Numbered from the stretch's first letter, positions 1-8,726 are shown. The stretch is 32,955 nucleotides of DNA from Patescibacteria group bacterium (GCA_034723335.1 JAYEOU010000141.1:1-32955), one strand, 5' to 3'. Notes: generated by a model from the sequence alone, not told the origin. Numbers and translations are program-made.

Positions 1-1
1 A

Positions 2-106
2 ATTAGATTTGTAAATTATTACAATACCGTGAAGCCACATAAAGGAATTGACAACATGACTCCAATGGAAAAACTTATTAGTTATTTTTACCCTGAAGAA
101 CTGTAA
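2..106 (+). CDS. DDE transposase/integrase (rve-type), C-terminal fragment truncated by the window edge
   Basis: Frame 2 reads IRFVNYYNTVKPHKGIDNMTPMEKLISYFYPEEL*. The YN..(K/R)PH..(L/I)....TP.E motif is the typical C-terminal end of IS3/IS481-type integrase catalytic domains. Stop TAA at 104-106. Confidence 0.55.
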   Translation: MRFVNYYNTVKPHKGIDNMTPMEKLISYFYPEEL

Positions 107-213
107 ACAACGCGAGGTATTCTTACAGTTTATTATACATCACGACCCTTGCAAAAGTCAAAAAATTAATATATAATACATTACATTAAATTTATATTAA
201 GACAACAGAAGAC

Positions 214-349
214 AGATACTTATAGATATTTATTGATATTTGCTCGCTTTGCTCGCGATATTAGTAGATATTAAATATCGCTCCGAGCAAAAGCGAGGAG
301 CAAATATCGCGACTGGAAGGAGCAAATATCTATAAGTATCAATAAATAT
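214..349. repeat. 10-nt-phased AT-initiated unit array with inverted symmetry, upstream of uvrA
   Basis: Units atacttatag / atatttattg / atattagtag / atctataagt / atcaataaat flank units containing gcgagcaaagcgag (ttgctcgctttgctcgcgat at about 240-259 is the reverse complement of the atcgcgagcaaagcgagc unit at 26541-26584). Same unit vocabulary as upstream of ftsH and gyrA. Confidence 0.6.
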
Positions 350-388
350 TTTGAATCTATCTTTTTTATTGTCGTCTGCTATCTATTT

Positions 389-3300
389 ATGTCTCAAACA
401 AATTCAATCAAAATAAAAGGCGCCCGGGTCCACAACTTAAAAAATATTAATGTGGAAATCCCGCGCAACAAATTTATAGTAATCACTGGATTGTCCGGCT
501 CCGGCAAATCTTCGCTGGCTTTTGATACTATTTACGCCGAGGGCCAGCGCCGCTATGCGGAATCTTTGTCTTCTTACGCGCGCCAGTTTATCAACTTAAT
601 GGATAAGCCTGATGTTGATCTAATAGAGGGACTGTCTCCCGCCATTTCCATAGACCAAAAATCCGCTTCTAATAATCCGCGCTCTACAGTGGGTACAATA
701 ACCGAAATTTATGATTATCTGCGCTTGCTTTTTGCCCGCATTGGAACGCCGCACTGCCCTAAATGCGGACAAAAAATTAAACAATACACGGTTGATGAAA
801 TTGTTAATCAAATTGTAAAATCCTTTGCCGGACAAGACATTCTTATACTTGCGCCTATTATTAAAGGCAAAAAAGGCGAACATAAAAATATTTTACAATC
901 AATTGCTAAGGCCGGATATTCCTATATCAGATTTGACAACAATATCTATGCATTGGAAGAAATTGAGGATATGCAAGTGGACAAACAAAAAAAACATAAT
1001 GTTGACATAGTGATTAATAGGCTAACCGTTGCAAAAAACAATAAAGGCGAAAATCGCCCGCCTTGCCAGCGGACAGGCGATCATCGCCTTTATTTAACCA
1101 AAGATATAAAAAAAGCATTGGATTTAGCTAACGGATTAGTAACAATTTCTCCCGAAAGCAATCGCAGGAATCATAATAGCGGGAACAAGGCAATACCTCG
1201 TTCCTATGATTGCCTTCGGGAAATAACCTATTCCAAGTCATTTGCCTGCCATAAATGCGGCATTCATCTGCCAGGGCTGGAACCGCGCAATTTTTCATTT
1301 AATTCCCCTTATGGCGCTTGCCCGGCTTGTTCTGGATTGGGCGCTAAACTAGAAATTGATTCCGGTTTAATAATCAACCCTAATTTAACTATTGCCCAAG
1401 GAGCAATAAAGCCATGGGCGCGAAATACAGCCGCTGATCAAGCGCTAACGCGGACGCTGGACGCAATAGCGCGAAAGCATGGCTTTAACATAAATACGCC
1501 TGTAAAAAATCTATCCGAAAAACAGCTTAATATTGTTTTATACGGCAGCAGCGATGGCGGCGCTAAATTTGAAGGTGTGATTCCTAATCTGAAACATCGC
1601 TATCAGCATACTGAATCAGATTGGACACGCCGAGAAATTGAGCAATACATGCACTCGCTTGTCTGTCCAGTCTGCCAAGGCAAGCGGCTTAAGCCGGAAA
1701 TGCTGGCGGTTAAAATTCCTAATCCTTTAAAAGACGGCTCCACCCCTCGCGAGGAGCGAGGCAAGGAGCAAAGTCGTCTTCTAAAGAATCTGTCAATTCA
1801 TGATGTCTGCGATAAAACCATTAACCAGTCCAAAAAATTCTTTGCTCAATTGGAAAACTCAAAAAAATTATCAGCCCGCGATAAAAAAATTTCAGCGCAA
1901 ATCATAAAAGAAATCCGCGCGCGACTGAATTTCCTCTCTAATGTCGGGCTTGACTATTTAACTCTTAACCGCGCGGCTAGCACCTTGTCCGGCGGCGAAG
2001 CCCAGCGCATACGGCTGTCCGCGCAAATCGGCTCTGCCTTGGCCGGTGTCATCTATATTTTAGACGAACCGTCAATCGGCTTGCATCAAATGGATAATAA
2101 TAAATTGATTAACACTCTGAAAAAACTTCGCGATTTTGGCAATACCGTAATCGTGGTTGAGCATGACCAAGCCGCTATGCTGTCAGCTGACTGGATTATT
2201 GACGCCGGGCCTGGAGCGGGAGAGCATGGCGGCAGAATTGTTGCGCAAGGCGCGCCGGAAAAAATCAAAAAATCAGCCAAGTCTTTAACCGGCCAATATT
2301 TATCCGGCAAAAAATTTATACCTGTTCCGGCAAAGCGCCGCCAAGGCAATGGCTGCCGGATTAAAATAATCAACGCCAGCGAGCATAACTTAAAAAATAT
2401 TAATGTTGAATTTCCTTTAGGAAAATTCATTGCCATAACCGGCGTTTCAGGATCAGGCAAATCCACTTTAATAACAAATACTTTAGCCCGCGCCCTGGCG
2501 CAAAAATTCTACCGGGCCAAAGCCCGGCCAGGCCGGCATAAAAGCATTAAGGGCATACAATATATTGATAAAGTAATTAACATAGACCAATCCCCGATCG
2601 GCCGCACCCCAAGATCCAATCCTGCCACTTACACCAACGTTTTTACTCCTATCCGCGAATTGTTTGCCGGCTTGCCTGAAGCCAAAATCAGGGGCTATAA
2701 AGCCGGCCACTTTTCTTTCAATGTGGCTGGCGGCCGCTGCGAAGCCTGCGGCGGCGGCGGCTTAGTTAAAATTGAAATGCAATTTCTGTCTGATATTTAT
2801 GTTAAATGCGAAGCATGCCATGGCCAACGTTATAATAAGGAAACATTAAAAATTTATTATAAAGCCGGCAACAGCGGAGCAGGCCTGCCTGACGGCGGAG
2901 CGGGCCGCTCCCGAGAATCTCTCGGGGGGACAGGCAAAAATATTTCTGATGTCCTTAATATGACAGTGGGAGAAGCTATGAATTTTTTTAATCCGACGCC
3001 TTTGAACCCATACAACGGATATGAAATAAAAAATATTCCCACAATTCACCAAAAATTGTCAACGCTTTACGAAGTTGGCTTGGGATATGTTAAATTAGGC
3101 CAGTCCGCTACCACGCTCTCCGGCGGCGAAGCCCAGCGGATTAAGCTCGCTGCTGAGTTGTCAAAAAGAGCAACCGGCAAAACACTATATATCTTAGACG
3201 AGCCGACTACAGGGCTCCATTTTGACGACATTAAACGGCTGCTTATTGTTTTAAACAAGCTTGTTGAAAAAGGCAATACGGTTTTAATCATTGAGCATAA

Positions 3301-3454
3301 CTTAGATGTTATAAAATCAGTTGACTGGATTATTGACCTTGGCCCCAAAGGCGGCAATAAAGGCGGCGAGATAGTAGCGGCAGGTACGCCGCAAGATATA
3401 GCTAGAGTAAAAAACAGTTATACAGGACAGTATTTGGCAAAAGTATTGAAATAA
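389..3454 (+). CDS. uvrA: Excinuclease ABC subunit A (UvrA), about 75 aa longer than canonical because of four GC-rich in-frame blocks
   Basis: N-terminus [12 protein letters not shown]...[25 protein letters not shown]. Two Walker A motifs ([16 protein letters not shown]), two LSGGEAQR signatures, and zinc-finger Cys pairs (CPKCG, CHKCG, CPVCQG, CEACGG...CEACHG). Confidence 0.97.
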   Translation: MSQTNSIKIKGARVHNLKNINVEIPRNKFIVITGLSGSGKSSLAFDTIYAEGQRRYAESLSSYARQFINLMDKPDVDLIEGLSPAISIDQKSASNNPRSTVGTITEIYDYLRLLFARIGTPHCPKCGQKIKQYTVDEIVNQIVKSFAGQDILILAPIIKGKKGEHKNILQSIAKAGYSYIRFDNNIYALEEIEDMQVDKQKKHNVDIVINRLTVAKNNKGENRPPCQRTGDHRLYLTKDIKKALDLANGLVTISPESNRRNHNSGNKAIPRSYDCLREITYSKSFACHKCGIHLPGLEPRNFSFNSPYGACPACSGLGAKLEIDSGLIINPNLTIAQGAIKPWARNTAADQALTRTLDAIARKHGFNINTPVKNLSEKQLNIVLYGSSDGGAKFEGVIPNLKHRYQHTESDWTRREIEQYMHSLVCPVCQGKRLKPEMLAVKIPNPLKDGSTPREERGKEQSRLLKNLSIHDVCDKTINQSKKFFAQLENSKKLSARDKKISAQIIKEIRARLNFLSNVGLDYLTLNRAASTLSGGEAQRIRLSAQIGSALAGVIYILDEPSIGLHQMDNNKLINTLKKLRDFGNTVIVVEHDQAAMLSADWIIDAGPGAGEHGGRIVAQGAPEKIKKSAKSLTGQYLSGKKFIPVPAKRRQGNGCRIKIINASEHNLKNINVEFPLGKFIAITGVSGSGKSTLITNTLARALAQKFYRAKARPGRHKSIKGIQYIDKVINIDQSPIGRTPRSNPATYTNVFTPIRELFAGLPEAKIRGYKAGHFSFNVAGGRCEACGGGGLVKIEMQFLSDIYVKCEACHGQRYNKETLKIYYKAGNSGAGLPDGGAGRSRESLGGTGKNISDVLNMTVGEAMNFFNPTPLNPYNGYEIKNIPTIHQKLSTLYEVGLGYVKLGQSATTLSGGEAQRIKLAAELSKRATGKTLYILDEPTTGLHFDDIKRLLIVLNKLVEKGNTVLIIEHNLDVIKSVDWIIDLGPKGGNKGGEIVAAGTPQDIARVKNSYTGQYLAKVLK

Positions 3455-3474
3455 AAAATCCGCTTACTAAATTA

Positions 3475-3526
3475 AAAACAACAAATGAAGGCGAGGTTTG
3501 CAAACCTCGCCTTCATTTGTTGTTTT
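3475..3526 (+). terminator. Perfect 26+26 nt palindrome after uvrA, likely a rho-independent terminator
   Basis: aaaacaacaaatgaaggcgaggtttg / caaacctcgccttcatttgttgtttt, ending in a T-run. The core atgaaggcgagg.ttgcaa.cctcgccttcat recurs at 31361-31408. Confidence 0.8.
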
Positions 3527-3858
3527 CGGTTGTTTTAAAAAATTCGCGCGGCAAATTAGCAACAAAAAAAAACGGCATTCACTAAATTGCATATTGTATA
3601 ATTTAGTAAATGCCGTTATATTGTGAAATAAGACACAATGCGAGAGGCTACATTCGCTCGCGCATTTTTTGTCGTATCCTACTTATATAAATACTACCAA
3701 TAATTCATACGTAAATCAACCCTAATAAATTACGCTAATATTAAATAAAAAAAATAAAATAATTTCAAATAATGCAATGATTATTAATAATTGTGGATAA
3801 CTTGCTATACTTTTGATAAAATTTTCTGCCTATCCCTATCGCAATAAAATAGGCCTAT

Positions 3859-4048
3859 TAGACTTGTCGCGTAATTATTTTTTACTGCTCCGCCAGCTGG
3901 CCCGCCAGTGGGCGGGCTGGCGGATTGGTCAAATTTTCCAAAAATTTTTTTAGCTTAGCTTAGGCTAAACCTCAAAAATTGTTTGAAAAATTATAACTCA
4001 TCCCGCAAAACTGCGGGACGTTACAAAACTAATTACGCGACAAGTCTA
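3859..4048 (+). mobile_element. MITE family 1, copy 1 (19-bp terminal inverted repeats tagacttgtcgcgtaatta)
   Basis: Termini are tagacttgtcgcgtaatta ... taattacgcgacaagtcta. Conserved core is ggtcaaattttccaaaaattttttt-agcttagcttaggctaaacctcaaaaattgtttgaaaaattataactca. No ORF. Carries an extra nested palindrome, cccgccagtgggcgggctgg. Confidence 0.85.
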
Positions 4049-4090
4049 TTGTATATTCTAAACGGTCCGCTGTCTTGCGGTTGGGCTGTT

Positions 4091-5656
4091 TTATTTTTTC
4101 CTAAACACCTGGGCTGTAAAAATTTTTAACTCCACATCCTTACCCTTATAACAATCAGGCGGCAGGCCGGCTTTCTGCGAACAAAGCTGTAACAAAAATT
4201 CTTCCTTGCTCCAGCCGGTTTCATTCGCGACTTGCGGCAAGAATACGCCGGAACGCAATCCTTTTTGCAATATTACGCCATGCTTGCCTAATTCAATATC
4301 CTGCCAATTATTTATTTTTTTTGGAACAGATAAAACACTTACTTCATAATCCAGCTTATCCAGCTCTTTTTTGCTGACCGGAACAAAACGATGGTCCTGA
4401 GTCGCCGCGGCAATCGCCATATCCCGCGCCACCTGCCATAATGGCTTATCACTTGGCGCAATCTGCCCGATACAACCGCGCAATTTGCCATTACTGCGCA
4501 AAGTAACAAACGCTCCCTGTTTCCACTTCAACCTTTCATCGCTAACATCAAACTCCGGCGCCTTGCCATCCTTAACATAACTTTCCACCGTGGCGCGGGC
4601 AATGTGTAAAAGCTTATTTTTCTGCTGCTCATTTAATATATCTATTATAGTTCCCCTCTTCTCTTCCACCCCGCCCCTCGCGAGGAGCGGGGTGAAAGAG
4701 CGGCAGGGGGTGAGGGCAAAAACAACTGCTCCATAACCCACCACGCTGCTTTTGTCGCCAATAGGCGCATCACCGCTATTTGCATATCTTAAAATTTCAA
4801 TCCTATCCCAATCCAATAAATTATACAATTCCAAAACCGTTTTAACTCCATCAATCCCGCACAGTACGGTTTGCTCATTAGGAATATTTTGGTTTTGGAC
4901 ATCTTTAAGATAATTTTCCAATTTAACAATATCGGCTAATTTTATTATTTCCAATGTTTGCTTATCAATCTTATTAGCATCTTCATAGCTTGGATAATGC
5001 GACATGTCAGTTGAAATTACCACAATATCATTCTCGCCTAAATTATCAGCTAATGCTTGGGCCAGTAAGGAACTAGGTTCTGGGTACCCAGAACTTAGTT
5101 CCTGTTTATTGCCAAACAATATTGGCACAATCTTAAAATCTTCAGCCAGCACAGTTTGCAAAAACGGCAGCTGCGCTTCAAGAGTGTGATCAGCCGCATG
5201 GACATTACTGTCAAATTTAATAACATCATCCCGCTTAACTAATTTGCCGGCCAGCTCTTTATCAACTTCCGCTAATCCTAATGGCGTTTGCCAAGCGTCG
5301 CTTTCGTCAATGGCAATGCCGTCAAAATAAGCGGTATGGGAATTGCAAATTATCACTGCTGTCCTAACTTTTTTGCCTTGCAATTGTTTATAGCTGTAAG
5401 CCGCAACAGGCGCGCTAAAAACATAACCTGCATGCGGGACCATAACAGCTTTAATATTGCTTTTAACTTTTGATTCCTCAACAGCTAATAAATATTTTTC
5501 AATTTCTGATTTTAACTCTTTTTTATCAGCCGGATAAAATTGCCCTGCCACTGCCGGCTGGCGAATATTTTGAAATTTTGGCTCCATAGATTTATCTGCT
5601 CGCTTTGCGCAGGCGGTTAATATTAAAAATAAAATTATTAAAATTAATTTTTTCAT
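4091..5656 (-). CDS. Fusion protein: MEMO1-family (AmmeMemoRadiSam protein B-like) N-terminal domain plus AMMECR1 (protein A-like) C-terminal domain, with a lipoprotein-type signal peptide
   Basis: N-terminus MKKLILIILFLILTAC has an LTAC lipobox. AGQFYPADKKEL and MVPHAGYVFS are MEMO-like. The C-terminal GAFVTLRSNGKLRGCIGQI...ATQDHRF is the AMMECR1 signature. Confidence 0.85.
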   Translation of the reverse strand: MKKLILIILFLILTACAKRADKSMEPKFQNIRQPAVAGQFYPADKKELKSEIEKYLLAVEESKVKSNIKAVMVPHAGYVFSAPVAAYSYKQLQGKKVRTAVIICNSHTAYFDGIAIDESDAWQTPLGLAEVDKELAGKLVKRDDVIKFDSNVHAADHTLEAQLPFLQTVLAEDFKIVPILFGNKQELSSGYPEPSSLLAQALADNLGENDIVVISTDMSHYPSYEDANKIDKQTLEIIKLADIVKLENYLKDVQNQNIPNEQTVLCGIDGVKTVLELYNLLDWDRIEILRYANSGDAPIGDKSSVVGYGAVVFALTPCRSFTPLLARGGVEEKRGTIIDILNEQQKNKLLHIARATVESYVKDGKAPEFDVSDERLKWKQGAFVTLRSNGKLRGCIGQIAPSDKPLWQVARDMAIAAATQDHRFVPVSKKELDKLDYEVSVLSVPKKINNWQDIELGKHGVILQKGLRSGVFLPQVANETGWSKEEFLLQLCSQKAGLPPDCYKGKDVELKIFTAQVFRKK

Positions 5657-5662
5657 TAAACT

Positions 5663-5796
5663 ACTTTGAGTTACGAAACACTATTTTTTTGTCATTCCTG
5701 CGAAAGCAGGAATCCAGATTCTGTGCATAAAAACTGGATTCCCAATCAAGTTGGGAATGACAAAAAATAATTTTCAGTCGTTTCGTAATTTAAAGT
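5663..5796. repeat. Nested palindromic element (gtcattcc...ggaatgac type)
   Basis: Outer arms are actttgagttacgaaac / gtttcgtaatttaaagt. Inner arms are tttttttgtcattcc / ggaatgacaaaaaa. Two internal hairpins: cattcctgcgaaagcaggaatc and ctggattcccaatcaagttgggaat. Confidence 0.75.
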
Positions 5797-5854
5797 AAAC
5801 TATATAAATTCCAAATCTACTGCGCCCAACTCTACAAATATTCGTAGATTTGAA

Positions 5855-6352
5855 TTAATTTGTAGATTTGAGTGTTTCTAATATTTTTAATTCTATCTTA
5901 TCATCTTCCATAACCGCAAAAGTCGCTTTGTGAAACATTGCGCTTAATGTGCCCGAATTTATCAACCTAACTCCATTTTTCTCTTCTTCCCATGGTTTAT
6001 GAGTATGTCCATAGAAAATTATATCATATTCATCTTGCTTAATCATCTTATTAATAAAATAAGGTTCGTGGCAAATGCCAATAACCTTTCTGTTTAATTT
6101 AACTTTACCAATTTTGCCGTAATATCTTATATTATCATACTGTTTAATTTCACTCTCGTCATAAGTCTCCGCATTGCCCTTAACTAAATGAATAGTGTCC
6201 TTAAAACGTGTAGCTAAAAATTGTAAGGTCTCGCTATTAGTCACATCGCCGCAACAAATCATCTCTTTGATGTCATTTTCACGACACCACTTTAAACATT
6301 TTTCTAAATTAACCAAATTATCATGAATGTCGGAAATGATTGCAATTTTCAT
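5855..6352 (-). CDS. YfcE/MJ0936-family metallophosphoesterase
   Basis: MKIAIISDIHDN, CCGDV, GNAE and YGHTH are metallophosphoesterase motifs. Start moved to the ATG at 6352, because the ORF-track start at 6421 is a TTG inside an inverted-repeat arm. Confidence 0.85.
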   Translation of the reverse strand: MKIAIISDIHDNLVNLEKCLKWCRENDIKEMICCGDVTNSETLQFLATRFKDTIHLVKGNAETYDESEIKQYDNIRYYGKIGKVKLNRKVIGICHEPYFINKMIKQDEYDIIFYGHTHKPWEEEKNGVRLINSGTLSAMFHKATFAVMEDDKIELKILETLKSTN

Positions 6353-6409
6353 ATCTTTTAGATGATAGACGGCAGACGATAGAATATGTCCACCGTATAA
6401 TTGTAATTT

Positions 6410-6710
6410 CGGCACTGGCAAGTGATTAAGCGCTTATTTGGAAAAATATTATCAACAAAACAATGTCCTTTTTTGTCATCCCATTCTTTCTGTCATCCCG
6501 AATTGCTTTGGCAATGAGGGATCTAAGACCGTAATAAACGCGATTAATCACGGTCTTAGATCCCTCACCCGCAAGCGAGTTCGGGATGACAAGAAAAACA
6601 GAATTGGCAATTAATGGAATTTTTACTTTCCGAAGCAATAATACCTTAATTTAAATTTATAGTTAGCATAAAATCAACTATTGCAAGCTCCCAATCACTT
6701 ACCAGTGCCG
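6410..6710. repeat. Large nested inverted repeat filling the intergenic region
   Basis: 18-nt arms cggcactggcaagtgatt (6410-6427) and aatcacttaccagtgccg (6693-6710) match 17/18. Inside is gtcatcccgaa (6492) ... ttcgggatgac (6590), enclosing the hairpin gagggatctaagaccgt / acggtcttagatccctc (6516-6566). Confidence 0.7.
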
Positions 6711-6759
6711 TAATTTTAATAATTCCCGCCGTCTATTATCTGCTATCCGCCGTCTACGT

Positions 6760-7908
6760 CTAACTAACCGCAAACTTATAAATCTCATACAACATCCCGC
6801 AGACAAATAAACTGATTAACAAATAAGTGATAAAATTTCCCGGCTTATATTTAAATAAAACCAATTTATTTTTTTGCTTTTTCATCTTTCTAAATACTAA
6901 TATCAACATTATGGCGCATAAGCCGCCGGCTATGGCGCCGGCAAAACTAATCACATTAATCAAATCTTTTAATCCTAAAACATATAACATATACGGCACA
7001 AACACGGCCAATGCCCATGCAAAATTTTTATTAAACTTATAATCCCACCATAATGTTTCCCTGACTGACTCAGCCACGCCCAAAAATGAAGTAATCATGC
7101 TAAGAATGCCGAACAATAAAGCAAATATGATCACGCCATTATTTAAAACCCTGCCTGCTCCCGTGAGCGCGTCCGGAGTTGTCTGGTTACTGGAAATGCC
7201 GACAATTACTATTGTAAAAACAATAATTACCGCAATCGGCAAAAATGTGCCTGCGCGCACAACGCTTTTTATGGCTTTTCTGTTTCTTTTTAATAATTTA
7301 GACACAATTGGCAAAGAACCGCTGCCGTCAAAAGCAAACAGCATGGCTCCATAAGGCAGCAAAAAATATTTCCAGTCCACTAAATTATAATGATTTATGT
7401 CAATCGCCTCCCAGCCCCTCCATGCTATTAAAATAACCGCTAAAAGAAGCAGCCCTGTCATAAATAATTCCAGTCTGGCGATCATGCCAATGCCAAAATA
7501 AATAACTGTCGCTTCAAGCGCGAATAAAATGGTAGCGTATAAAAACTCGCTGCCGCCGAAATAAGGGGACAATAATTGATGCAAAAAAATCCCGGTAATA
7601 ATAATATAAGCCAGCAAAGCGCCGTAATTGCCGATCATTTTGGCGATAAAAACAAGCCGCTTGCCGTCCTTGCCTAAATACATGCCGACATAACCCGGCA
7701 ACCTATGATAACCTTTAGTAACCAAGATTAAATTAGCGTAAATTAAATGAAGCAAGTGCTGGGCAAATCCTAAAATAATAACAAAAATAAAAAAAGTTAA
7801 TATGCCTGCTTTATTGATTAAATAAGGCAAACCAAACATGCCGACGCCGATTATATAACCAACCATTACGGCCATGGCTTTATAATAATTTTTTGGCTTA
7901 TTGAACAT
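6760..7908 (-). CDS. Amino-acid permease-like integral membrane transporter (Trp/Tyr permease-type fold likely)
   Basis: About 11 hydrophobic segments, with an N-terminal GYIIGVGMFGLPY motif typical of amino-acid transporters. ATG at 7908 preferred over the GTG at 7914. Confidence 0.65.
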   Translation of the reverse strand: MFNKPKNYYKAMAVMVGYIIGVGMFGLPYLINKAGILTFFIFVIILGFAQHLLHLIYANLILVTKGYHRLPGYVGMYLGKDGKRLVFIAKMIGNYGALLAYIIITGIFLHQLLSPYFGGSEFLYATILFALEATVIYFGIGMIARLELFMTGLLLLAVILIAWRGWEAIDINHYNLVDWKYFLLPYGAMLFAFDGSGSLPIVSKLLKRNRKAIKSVVRAGTFLPIAVIIVFTIVIVGISSNQTTPDALTGAGRVLNNGVIIFALLFGILSMITSFLGVAESVRETLWWDYKFNKNFAWALAVFVPYMLYVLGLKDLINVISFAGAIAGGLCAIMLILVFRKMKKQKNKLVLFKYKPGNFITYLLISLFVCGMLYEIYKFAVS

Positions 7909-8153
7909 ACACACTCAAATATATAAATTTACCCCGTTAAATATTCTTTCTAAACAAAGTAAATAATTTGATTTATGCGACATTAAAAAATTATCCCGCT
8001 ATTAAACGGGGTGAATTCAAATTATCAATCCATTGTTTTGTTGTCTTATTGTCCTATTGTTATGCTATGCTTGAAAATGAGATTATTAACAATTAAACAA
8101 TGAAATAATATAACCATTTTCCAGATCCACTGATCAACTGATCAACTGATTAA

Positions 8154-8723
8154 CTACCGCCTAATTTTAATCTCATAATTAATCTGTTCAATTTTTTTCA
8201 AGCTATTCCTTGCCTGGTCATATTTAGTGCGCAAATAACCTGTCATATCAAATTCCACTAATTCAGCCAAAATATCGCTAATGGCGCTTTTAATTTTTTT
8301 CACTTCATCCTGCTTGCCGGCCGCCGCCATATTAATCGCCCGCCTGGCTAATTCACCGGTTAAATCGCAAATCCCCCCCAAATAACTGTCCATATCTAAT
8401 TTAATCTTTTTAACCCTGTCAACTTTTTTTCCTGTCATTACCCGATAAAACATTTTCGCTTCAACATATTCTTCGGCCCCGGCTTTATACGCGCCTTCTT
8501 TATTTAAGCGATTATGTCCAAATTTTTTCTCCAGCGACTGCAGGGCTTTTTCCGCTTCATTAAGCAATATGCCTGCTTGTTTAATGTCATCCCTATGCAA
8601 AGCGAAAATTACCCGCTTAGAGCCGTGTAAAATTACATTAGACAAACTAATAATCTGCCTGCGTTCTGATACATTCTTCTCATAATCTTTCTTTAATTTT
8701 TGGATAAATTTTTTGTTAATCAT
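8154..8723 (-). CDS. Translin-family protein
   Basis: 189-aa helical protein with YLGGICDLTGELARRAIN, matching the translin/TRAX signature (G..DLTGEL.R) from memory. Confidence 0.65.
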   Translation of the reverse strand: MINKKFIQKLKKDYEKNVSERRQIISLSNVILHGSKRVIFALHRDDIKQAGILLNEAEKALQSLEKKFGHNRLNKEGAYKAGAEEYVEAKMFYRVMTGKKVDRVKKIKLDMDSYLGGICDLTGELARRAINMAAAGKQDEVKKIKSAISDILAELVEFDMTGYLRTKYDQARNSLKKIEQINYEIKIRR

Positions 8724-8726
8724 ATT

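Noticed and set aside
1041-2936. Inteins or domain insertions in UvrA
   Set aside because: The inserts are only about 17-24 aa, lack intein splicing motifs and have palindromic nucleotide structure. They are better explained as repeat insertions.
3792-3800. Perfect DnaA-box consensus (tgtggataa) in an AT-rich spacer, suggesting oriC
   Set aside because: It is a single box. No cluster is present, no dnaA/dnaN is nearby, and the flanking genes are convergent. This is insufficient for an origin call.
6353-6421. Extended N-termini from ORF-track alternative starts: 6421 (TTG), 7914 (GTG), 28947 (TTG) and 22429 (TTG)
   Set aside because: In each case a nearby ATG gives an N-terminus that matches the conserved family start (MKIAIISDIHD, MLILGIETS). 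For 6421, the extension would also run into an inverted-repeat arm.
6426-6638. 70-aa ORF on the minus strand
   Set aside because: It lies entirely within the nested palindromic element (6410-6710). Similar elements elsewhere are non-coding.
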